Assembly: GCA_964577045.1 (NCBI GenBank)
Contig: CAZNWL010000001.1
Span: 1-34,471 of the forward strand
DNA: 34,471 nt
Source of the DNA: an uncultured Planctomycetia bacterium
GTDB taxonomy: Bacteria > Omnitrophota > Gorgyraeia > Duberdicusellales > 4484-171
Reading direction: 5' to 3'
Each line of letters begins with the position of its first letter. Positions within the stretch are counted from its first letter, which is position 1. The position numbers and the translations under genes are program-made. Under the pieces are notes generated by a model. It saw only the letters and a program-made list of their open reading frames with translations, was not told the origin of the DNA and searched no databases. Below are positions 24,570 to 32,617 of the stretch, one piece after another.

Positions 24570-26952
24570 AACTAAACACGCGATTATTCTCGGCGCCGGA
24601 GCAGTGGGCCTGGTTTCTGCCTGGAAGCTTTTGGATGAAGGCTTTAAGGTGGACATCTATGAAAAAGATAGCCAGGTTGGCGGAATGTGCAAGACCTGGA
24701 AGTGGAAAGAGTTTTTAGTGGATTGCGGCCCGCATATTTATCATACCCCCGATGAAAAATTAGCCGGATTCTGGGAGAAAGAGTTCGGCGACTTATTCGT
24801 GAAAGGGGATTTCTGGTGCAAAAACGTCAAAGGCGATAATTTTAACCAATACTGGGATTACCCGCTTTCCTGGGAAAGCATTTCCCGTTATCCTAAAAAG
24901 CTAAAAGACAAGGTTTTGTCTGAACTGCATAATATCAGCTTTGAAAAAAGAACGCAGGCGAAAAACTATACCGAATATATGGAGGCGCAAGTCGGCCAGA
25001 CTTTACGGGAGATGTTTTTTAAGCAGTTCCCGGAAAAAATCTGGGGCATTTCCACTGACACTATGGCTTGCGAATGGGCGCCTAAGCGCATTGAAGTGCG
25101 CCAGAAGGTCACGCCTTTTTACCACCGGCAGTGGAATGCCGTGGGTAAATTCGGAACCGGCTGTATTTTTGAGCGGATAAAAGAAAAAATTGAAAAATCC
25201 GGCGGGAAAATCCACCTTAACTGCGAAGTGAAAGGCTTTGAAACCAAAGGAAACTTGATTACCGCTGTCAAATTAACCGGAGGAAAAATCAGGAAAGTGG
25301 AACCCGAAGATGTGATAATTTCCAGCTTGCCGATTACTCTGCTGGCTAAATTTTTGGGCTATAACAGCAAGCTGAAGTTCAGGGCTTTGCGCACAGTTTA
25401 TTTAGCCTACGATAAGCCTATGATTCTGCCTCAAGGCATAGACTGGCTTTATTATGATTCGCCAAAAACTTATTTCAGCCGGATTACCGAGCCGAAAAAA
25501 CTTTCCAAAGCTTTAGCGCCTAAAAATAAAACTTACCTTAGCGCAGAAATAACCTGCGCCCAAGGCGATAAGATTTATCAAATGGATAAAAATAAACTGA
25601 TTAAAGAAACAGCCCGACAAGTGGAACTGGTGGGTTTGATAGAAGCAGGCCAGTTAAAAGAGGCAACAGTGCATACCGAAGATTATGTCTATCCTATTCA
25701 AGGCCGGGGCTATCAAGAGGAGCTTTCTAAAACCCGCGCGGTAATTACTAAATACCAACAGCTTTATTCTCTGGGCACCGGCGGAGAGTTCCACTATGCT
25801 GATATTCAGATAATCTTTCATAAAGTTTTTGACTTGGTAGCCGTACTTTGCGGGAAAGATTCAAAAATAAGCCAGACTATTCGTAAAACCCCGCGCTGCC
25901 AGCTGAATACAAGTATTTTTATCGGAAAGCGCGAGATAAGCGAAGCAAAGCCGGCTTATATCATTGCCGAAGCCGGCTTAAACCATAACCAGAGTCTAAC
26001 TATTGCCAAAAAGCTGATTGATGCGGCGAAAGAATCCGGAGCAGACAGCATCAAGTTTCAAAGTTTTAAGCCGGGCAGCCGCGTCTCTAAAAAAGTAAAA
26101 GCCGCGCGTTATGCCGAAACTATTATCGGCACCGAAGAAACTATCGCTGATATGTTTGACCGCTTGAGCTTAAGCTACGCCGACCAGAAAGAGCTTTTTA
26201 ACTACGCCCGTAAAACCGGCATAGAAATATTTTCCACTCCTTTTGATTTTGAAAGCGCTGACTTCTTAAACAGCTTAGGAGTGAATGTTTTTAAAATCGC
26301 TTCTATGGATTTGGTGAACCTGCCTTTGATTAAACATATCGCCGGCTTCGGCAAACCCATGATTCTTTCTACGGGCATGTCCACTTTAGGCCAGATCGAA
26401 GAAGCTTTAGAGACTATCCGCCAGCAGGGAAATCCCAACGTGGCTTTGCTGCATTGTAACTCGGCTTATCCGGCTGCGCCCGAAGAGATGAATTTAAAGG
26501 TGATAGATACTTTGAAGAGCTGTTTTAAAGTTCCGGTCGGGCTTTCTGACCATACTTTCGGCTTGGCAGTTTCCCATACGGCGCTGGCCTTAGGCGCGAA
26601 TTTAATCGAGCGGCATTTTACTTTGGATAGGGCAATGGAAGGCCCTGACCATATCTTATCTTCTACGCCCGAAGAGTTAGCAGAGCTGGTTTCTCTGGCT
26701 AAAAAAATCCCGCTGATTTTAGGCGACGGAATAAAACGCATCCAGCCTAATGAGTATGATACTTTGAATATGCAGCGAAAAAGCCTTTACGCCGCGCGCA
26801 ATATTAAAAAAGGCGCGGTGATTACTTCGGATATGATTGTCATTAAAGGCCCGGGAGGCGGTTTGTTACCGCGCTATTTAGAAGTAGTTACCGGAAGAGT
26901 GGCGCGCGCGGATATTGAAGAGGACCATCCGATTACCTGGGATGTGATTTAA
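24562..26952 (+). CDS. Fusion protein: N-terminal FAD-dependent oxidoreductase (amine-oxidase / UDP-galactopyranose-mutase-like fold, aa 1 to ~435) plus C-terminal NeuB-type ulosonic-acid synthase with a SAF domain (aa ~451-796, nt ~25912-26949)
   Basis: The N-terminus carries the dinucleotide motif ILGAGAVGL...DIYEKDSQVGG. The C-terminus carries YIIAEAGLNHNQS, KFQSF, FSTPFD, KIASMD, STGMS, LLHCNSAYPA, LSDHT and a SAF-like tail. It is one continuous 796-aa ORF. Confidence 0.8.
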   Translation: MPKTKHAIILGAGAVGLVSAWKLLDEGFKVDIYEKDSQVGGMCKTWKWKEFLVDCGPHIYHTPDEKLAGFWEKEFGDLFVKGDFWCKNVKGDNFNQYWDYPLSWESISRYPKKLKDKVLSELHNISFEKRTQAKNYTEYMEAQVGQTLREMFFKQFPEKIWGISTDTMACEWAPKRIEVRQKVTPFYHRQWNAVGKFGTGCIFERIKEKIEKSGGKIHLNCEVKGFETKGNLITAVKLTGGKIRKVEPEDVIISSLPITLLAKFLGYNSKLKFRALRTVYLAYDKPMILPQGIDWLYYDSPKTYFSRITEPKKLSKALAPKNKTYLSAEITCAQGDKIYQMDKNKLIKETARQVELVGLIEAGQLKEATVHTEDYVYPIQGRGYQEELSKTRAVITKYQQLYSLGTGGEFHYADIQIIFHKVFDLVAVLCGKDSKISQTIRKTPRCQLNTSIFIGKREISEAKPAYIIAEAGLNHNQSLTIAKKLIDAAKESGADSIKFQSFKPGSRVSKKVKAARYAETIIGTEETIADMFDRLSLSYADQKELFNYARKTGIEIFSTPFDFESADFLNSLGVNVFKIASMDLVNLPLIKHIAGFGKPMILSTGMSTLGQIEEALETIRQQGNPNVALLHCNSAYPAAPEEMNLKVIDTLKSCFKVPVGLSDHTFGLAVSHTALALGANLIERHFTLDRAMEGPDHILSSTPEELAELVSLAKKIPLILGDGIKRIQPNEYDTLNMQRKSLYAARNIKKGAVITSDMIVIKGPGGGLLPRYLEVVTGRVARADIEEDHPITWDVI

Positions 26953-28008
26953 ATGCCTTACAAAGAAAAAATAGAGGGTTTGCTGGCAGAAATTCTTAAA
27001 CGCGCCAAGGATAAAGGCAAGTTGAGCGGATTTACCATCGGTAACACCGCCAAGATAGACCACTACGGCCTTTATTGCACGCCTTTACGCGAAACCACTA
27101 TTATGGTCACTGCCGGCGCGATTGTTTACAGCGAAGAGCAGGCCATTGATATCGCCAGAATCGTGGACGGAAAAGTAGATTATATTTTAGTGGATGCGGA
27201 AAAAAAGATTCCCAATGAGCGCGACCCGCAGGAGCTGGCTAATATTGAGCGGGCAGTGCGGGAAAATACCAAAAACTCTACGCTTTGGATTTATAAGGGC
27301 AATGACTTATGTGTGGATGCAGTGGACGGGCTGCTCGCCCAGCTTACTAAAAAATCAGTCCGAGGAATCGGCGGAAAAAAGGTGGCTATTTTGGGCGCCG
27401 GAAACATCGGCTTTAAATTAGCGCTGCGTTTGGTTGAGCGGGGAGCAGAAGTAGTGATTACCCGCAGGAATAAAGAGGCTCTGGAGATTTTAACCCAGGC
27501 CATTAATACTATCAAGCCGCAATACACTAAAGCCAAAGTAATGGGGACAACTGATAACGCAGAAGCAGCCCGCGGCATAGAAATTCTCATCGGTGCAAGC
27601 CACGGGACTCCGGTCATCACTCAAGAGATGGTTAAGAACTTAAACCCGCAGGCAGTTATCATCGATGTCGGCAAAGGCTCGCTGTATCCGGAGGCCATCA
27701 GCGAGGCAAGGGCGAGAGAGATTAGCATTTACCGTTTGGATATCAGCGCAGCTTTTGAAGGGTTGATTCATCATCTCTGGGCCGCAGAAAGAAATATAGA
27801 AAAAAGGTTAGGCAGCCGTAAGCTCGGCAACGAAGCCATTGTTTCCGGAGGGCTCCTGGGCCAGAAAGGCGAAATTATCGTGGATAATGTCTGGGACCCC
27901 AAGGCTATTTATGGCATCGCCGACGGCGCCGGCGATTTTTTAAGAGAATTATCTACCGAAGATAAAGAGCGTTTAGAGAAAATACAGAAAATAATCGAGG
28001 GGAATTAA
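26953..28008 (+). CDS. NAD(P)-binding Rossmann-fold dehydrogenase, family unassigned (amino-acid/shikimate-dehydrogenase-like layout)
   Basis: The central motif is KKVAILGAGNIGFKLALRLVERGAEVVITRR, followed by IIDVGKG. The ~140-aa N-terminal domain is not recognised. The start codon immediately follows the upstream stop. Confidence 0.4.
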   Translation: MPYKEKIEGLLAEILKRAKDKGKLSGFTIGNTAKIDHYGLYCTPLRETTIMVTAGAIVYSEEQAIDIARIVDGKVDYILVDAEKKIPNERDPQELANIERAVRENTKNSTLWIYKGNDLCVDAVDGLLAQLTKKSVRGIGGKKVAILGAGNIGFKLALRLVERGAEVVITRRNKEALEILTQAINTIKPQYTKAKVMGTTDNAEAARGIEILIGASHGTPVITQEMVKNLNPQAVIIDVGKGSLYPEAISEARAREISIYRLDISAAFEGLIHHLWAAERNIEKRLGSRKLGNEAIVSGGLLGQKGEIIVDNVWDPKAIYGIADGAGDFLRELSTEDKERLEKIQKIIEGN

Positions 28009-28011
28009 CTT

Positions 28012-28722
28012 ATGAAAACAGCGATAGTTACCGGTTGTGCAGGTCAGTTAGGCAGAGTTTTTACGGAAAAGCTTTTAGCTTTAGGGTATGAGGTGATAGG
28101 TTTTGACCTTACAGATAAAACTCAAAATGAGCGGATTGCTTATTATAAAGTAGATGTCAGCAAACCTACGCAAATCAGCAAAGCTTTAGCTAAAGTTAAT
28201 CAAGCTGACCTTTTACTGAATAATGCCGGAAGTTTTATCTTTACTCCTCTTGAAGAAAGGACAGAGGAAGAGCTGGATTCTTTAATTGATTCCCACCTTA
28301 AGGGAACGATTTTTATGACCCGGGAAGTTTTCACCCGCTTTTTTAAGCCGAATAAAAAAGGCTGTATTGTCAATATCGGCTCTATCTACGGAGTAGTCGC
28401 GGCAGATATGAGTATTTACCGCGATGGCGACCGCCGGGCTCCGGAGATTTACGGCGCAGTGAAAGCGGCAATCATTAACCTGACCAAATATTTCGCCAGC
28501 TACATGGCTGCTTATAATGTGCGGGTGAACTGCATTTCGCCGGGCGGAATTTTTAACCATCAGGATCCGGATTTCGTAAAAAAATATTCGGCGAAAGTGC
28601 CTTTAAAGAGGATGGGCAAGGATAAAGAGCTCACCAGCACCTTAGAATATTTAATTTCCGATGATTCCGGTTATTTAACCGGACAGAATATTATAGTGGA
28701 TGGGGGATTAACCTTATGGTAA
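28012..28722 (+). CDS. Classical short-chain dehydrogenase/reductase
   Basis: VTGCAGQLG, NNAG, YGAVK (YxxxK) and a C-terminal GQNIIVDGG motif are present. Confidence 0.75.
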   Translation: MKTAIVTGCAGQLGRVFTEKLLALGYEVIGFDLTDKTQNERIAYYKVDVSKPTQISKALAKVNQADLLLNNAGSFIFTPLEERTEEELDSLIDSHLKGTIFMTREVFTRFFKPNKKGCIVNIGSIYGVVAADMSIYRDGDRRAPEIYGAVKAAIINLTKYFASYMAAYNVRVNCISPGGIFNHQDPDFVKKYSAKVPLKRMGKDKELTSTLEYLISDDSGYLTGQNIIVDGGLTLW

Positions 28723-30530
28723 TGAAGCACTTTGGGTTTATTAAAAAATACTGGTGGTTGTTTGTGCTGATGATTAGCGCGGGATTAGTGGCTTCCCTCT
28801 TAGAAGGCCTGGGCGTTACTTTGATTATTCCGGTAGTAAAGGGGCCGCAAGTTTCAGACCTATCGCAAATACCTGCACCCTTAAACCAGCTGGTTAAACT
28901 TTTTATCGGTCTGGATTTAAGCCAGCGGCTTAAACTGGCAGCCTTGCTTTTGATCGCCATCTCTTTAGTGAAAGGCATCATGCTTTATATTAACGAGGTA
29001 TCGTCAGGTAAGATGATGGTTATTTCTGAAAAGCATTTCCGCATGCTTTGCCTGCGCCAGCTGATGCGCACTGGCATGAGTTATTTTACCAAGCAGAAAG
29101 GCTCGGATATACATACTATCTGCGACTTCTACGTAAGAAATTTCGGCTCCTTAGTCAATATCATTGGTTTAGATTTACCCAAAGTTTTTCAGGTGATTGT
29201 TCTTTTCGTCATCATGCTTTTACTTTCTTGGAAGATAACCTTTCTTTCGGTGGGGCTTTTGGCCATCGCTTCTTTGATTTTGCGCTTTTTAGCGGTGCGC
29301 ATTCAAAAGATGGGTAAAAAATTCGCCGAGGCCAATAAAACTATCAACGCCGCTATTTTTGACGCTATTTTAGGGATGAAAGTCATCCGGATTTTCAACC
29401 GCGAAAAGGAAACCATTAATAATTTCGAAAAAGAGCAGGACAATTTAAACAGCATCCATATGAAGATGGTGGGAATCCGTTCTATTGTCAAACCTTTGTT
29501 TGAATTTATCGGTTCAGCCTGCCTGGGGATTATTATGATTGTTTGGTCTTATTTAGTCTTACGTTCAAGCAACATGGGATTAGAATTTCTTTTTGCTTTT
29601 ATCCTTATCTTTTACCGGATTTCCACGCCGGTAATGTACATTAACCATTCTAGGGTGGCAATTATGGGAGATGTGGCTTCATATAAGGAAGTTTTTAATT
29701 TTCTCAAGAGTGAGGACAAGAATTATTTAGCTAACGGCAAAAAAGAGTTTAAAGGCTTAAAAGATTCTTTGGAGTTTAAAGGAGTAAGTTTTAACTATGA
29801 ACCGGGTTTGCCCTTAGTGTTGAAAGACGCCTCTTTCACCATCAAACGGGGGATGAAAGTAGGCTTTGTCGGCGCATCCGGAGCCGGCAAATCCACGATT
29901 ACCGAGTTGCTTTTACGTTTTTATGACCCGCAAAAGGGAGAAATTGTTGTGGATGGGGTTAATTTGAAAGAGTTCAGAGTAGAGTCCTGGCGCAAACATA
30001 TCGGCATAGTTTCACAGGAGATATTTTTGTTTAATGATACGGTCAGGAATAATATTGCTTACGCTAAAGACGAAGCAACCAGCCAGGGCGTGGAGTTTGC
30101 CGCAAAAATGGCCCATGCCGAGCAGTTCATTAAGGAACTGCCCGCGGGTTTTGATACTTTAATCGGCGACCGGGGAGTACTTTTATCCGGCGGTCAGCGC
30201 CAGAGATTGGCCATTGCCCGGGCAATTATCAATAAGCCCGACATCCTGATTTTTGACGAGGCCACTTCGGCCTTGGATTCAGAGTCGGAAAAAATAGTGC
30301 AGGAGGCTTTAGATGAAGTCGGCCAGGGCCGGACAGTGATTGCCATTGCCCACCGGCTTTCTACGGTGTTTGACGCTGACCTGATTTTAGTTATTGATAA
30401 AGGAAAGATTATGGAGCAGGGAACGCACGAACAGTTAAAAACCAGGAGCGAAATTTATAAGCGGCTGTTATCCATGCAGGGGTATTTCGACGAAACTTTT
30501 AAGGCCGAAGAACCAGAAATAGTGGCTTAA
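28716..30530 (+). CDS. ABC exporter with fused transmembrane and ATPase domains (MsbA/PglK type)
   Basis: A hydrophobic N-terminal half is followed by Walker A (GASGAGKST), the ABC signature (LSGGQRQR), Walker B (ILIFDEATSALD) and an H-loop (IAHRLST). Confidence 0.85.
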   Translation: MVMKHFGFIKKYWWLFVLMISAGLVASLLEGLGVTLIIPVVKGPQVSDLSQIPAPLNQLVKLFIGLDLSQRLKLAALLLIAISLVKGIMLYINEVSSGKMMVISEKHFRMLCLRQLMRTGMSYFTKQKGSDIHTICDFYVRNFGSLVNIIGLDLPKVFQVIVLFVIMLLLSWKITFLSVGLLAIASLILRFLAVRIQKMGKKFAEANKTINAAIFDAILGMKVIRIFNREKETINNFEKEQDNLNSIHMKMVGIRSIVKPLFEFIGSACLGIIMIVWSYLVLRSSNMGLEFLFAFILIFYRISTPVMYINHSRVAIMGDVASYKEVFNFLKSEDKNYLANGKKEFKGLKDSLEFKGVSFNYEPGLPLVLKDASFTIKRGMKVGFVGASGAGKSTITELLLRFYDPQKGEIVVDGVNLKEFRVESWRKHIGIVSQEIFLFNDTVRNNIAYAKDEATSQGVEFAAKMAHAEQFIKELPAGFDTLIGDRGVLLSGGQRQRLAIARAIINKPDILIFDEATSALDSESEKIVQEALDEVGQGRTVIAIAHRLSTVFDADLILVIDKGKIMEQGTHEQLKTRSEIYKRLLSMQGYFDETFKAEEPEIVA

Positions 30531-30533
30531 GCT

Positions 30534-31832
30534 ATGGAAAATAAGCAGAAAGCGCGGATTTTGATGTATTGCGGAAACGGCTATTCTTTCAGCGAATACT
30601 TTAAGCCGCTTATTGAGGAATTGGCTGATGATTGTGAGATAGAGCTGCTTCAGGGCGACTATCATCTTGGCCAGACAACCAAAGGGTTAATCCAAGAATT
30701 AACCGCCAAAAATAACTTTGCTTACCAGATTATACCGGTATTTACCTGGAACAGGTCAGTTTTAGAATATCACCGTAGCATGGCGCAATTAACAAACAAC
30801 TTAAAGGATAAACCCTTTGATTTATTCGTAGTCAGCAGTGATTCCAGTTTAACTGACCGCTATTTAGTTGATTTAGCCAAGTCTTTAGGGGCTAAAGTGG
30901 TCGTGATTTATGCCAGCGTATTTTTTGTGAAACTTTTTAATCTTTATAGAAAGCTTATAGGAGTTGATAAAAAATCCTATCTGGAAAAAGCTAAAGACAA
31001 AGTAGCGACAGTTAAAAATATGAAGCAAAGGAAGGTTTCGTTTTTAAATTATTTCTGGTGGCGGGTTAAATGGTTAAAAGAAAAAATAGCTAAGGACTTT
31101 AAAATTTTTATGAATTACTATATCCTGCCCTATATTTTTTCAAGGAGAACCTTTCCTCGGAATAAATATGATACCTTTAGCCATGTTTCTGGTCGCGCAG
31201 ACACATTTATTTGTTATAATTTTAGGGAAGCGGATGCGATAAGAAAAGTAGTTATTCCGGCTAAAGATGTGCGTTTGGCAAAACATCCGGCTGTTTTATA
31301 TTGCCGCAGCCCTAAAGAGGCAACCCGCAAACTGCTATTGCTTTTGGGGGATCAGGTTGACGAATTACGTGATGACCAGATTAGTTTTTGGGTTGAGGTT
31401 ATAAAAGAAGCAGTTAAGGCGGAAGGTTTAAATGAGGTTCATTTTCGTTTTCATCCCCGTACAGATAAAAATCTTCCTCAACCTAAGAAATTAATAGCTT
31501 CTGTGGCAAAGCTTAATTTAAAGACAGAGATAATTGATGCCAATACAGTGCCTTTAGTCCAAATCTTAGGTGATTATCTCGGTGTAATTGGCGTACTTTC
31601 CGGCTCCTTACGTACAGCCAGGGCTGTATCCAAAGGTTTTGTTATCGGGTTGCTGGATGCTTGTGGGAATTTTCCTGATGAAGATTGGATGTTAGGAGAT
31701 CCCGAAGGCATTATTTGGATTCGTAATGGCCAAAAGATACAAGCCGAGCATTTTGCTGTGCCGCCGCTTTACGGTGAGGATAGGCCGAAGGTATCGGAGA
31801 TACTAAAAGAATTAGTATGCAGTCAACGATAA
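30534..31832 (+). CDS. Hypothetical protein, 432 aa; possibly a two-Rossmann-domain (GT-B-like) surface-carbohydrate transferase
   Basis: It is a long ORF in the operon frame context. By eye it shows alternating beta-alpha character in both halves, with no diagnostic motif. Its position between the exporter and a cytidylyltransferase is the only functional hint. Confidence 0.3.
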   Translation: MENKQKARILMYCGNGYSFSEYFKPLIEELADDCEIELLQGDYHLGQTTKGLIQELTAKNNFAYQIIPVFTWNRSVLEYHRSMAQLTNNLKDKPFDLFVVSSDSSLTDRYLVDLAKSLGAKVVVIYASVFFVKLFNLYRKLIGVDKKSYLEKAKDKVATVKNMKQRKVSFLNYFWWRVKWLKEKIAKDFKIFMNYYILPYIFSRRTFPRNKYDTFSHVSGRADTFICYNFREADAIRKVVIPAKDVRLAKHPAVLYCRSPKEATRKLLLLLGDQVDELRDDQISFWVEVIKEAVKAEGLNEVHFRFHPRTDKNLPQPKKLIASVAKLNLKTEIIDANTVPLVQILGDYLGVIGVLSGSLRTARAVSKGFVIGLLDACGNFPDEDWMLGDPEGIIWIRNGQKIQAEHFAVPPLYGEDRPKVSEILKELVCSQR

Positions 31833-32617
31833 GAAAAGGAAAAATCGCCGCGATTATTCAAGCCCGGATGGGCTCAACCCGCTTGCCGGGAAAAATCCTG
31901 ATGGAGGTAAACTATCGTCCGCTATTGGATTATATGGTGGAGCGGGTAAAAAGGAGCAAATATATCAAGCAGGTGATTATCGCTACCACTGTTTCTCACC
32001 AAGACCAGCCGATAGTTGACTGGTGCAAAGCTAATCAGGTGGAATTCTGCCGCGGCGATGAGGAAGATGTTTTGGCCCGTTATTACTATGCTGCCAAGGA
32101 GTTTAAAGTTTCCGTAATCGTGAGAGTTACTTCAGACTGCCCGTTAATGGATCCGGAAGTTATTGATAAAACCATTGAGGCTTTTCTTGGCGATTCGCAT
32201 CTCGATTTTGCCTCAAGTACTACGCCGCTGCCTTGTTTATATCCTGACGGCATGGACGTGGATGTTTTTAATTTTAACCTTTTAGAGAAAACTCATTACG
32301 AAGCCAAACTTCCTTCGGAAAGAGAGCATGTAACCTTTTATATGTGGAAGACTGGAAAATTTAAAGTGAAAAGAATCGACCCTAAAGAGGATTTGTCTTC
32401 TTATCGTTTTTGCATTGACTATCCTCAAGATTTTACCGTGATACAGGAAGTGTTGACTAAACTTTACCCAAAAAATCCTAAGTTTTCCGTGTATGAATTG
32501 ATAGATTTTATGAAAGCTAACCCCCGGCTTTTAGCCTTGCAGAAAGGCATTAAGCGCAATGCCGGCTGGCAAAGGGCTTTGGATAAAGACTTAAAATATT
32601 TGGAGCAAAACAAATGA
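31817..32617 (+). CDS. SpsF-like cytidylyltransferase (CMP-ulosonic-acid synthetase family)
   Basis: KIAAIIQARMGSTRLPGK.L, the VIIATT motif and RVTSDCPL are typical of the SpsF/NeuA-like cytidylyltransferase family. Confidence 0.75.
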   Translation: MQSTIRKGKIAAIIQARMGSTRLPGKILMEVNYRPLLDYMVERVKRSKYIKQVIIATTVSHQDQPIVDWCKANQVEFCRGDEEDVLARYYYAAKEFKVSVIVRVTSDCPLMDPEVIDKTIEAFLGDSHLDFASSTTPLPCLYPDGMDVDVFNFNLLEKTHYEAKLPSEREHVTFYMWKTGKFKVKRIDPKEDLSSYRFCIDYPQDFTVIQEVLTKLYPKNPKFSVYELIDFMKANPRLLALQKGIKRNAGWQRALDKDLKYLEQNK

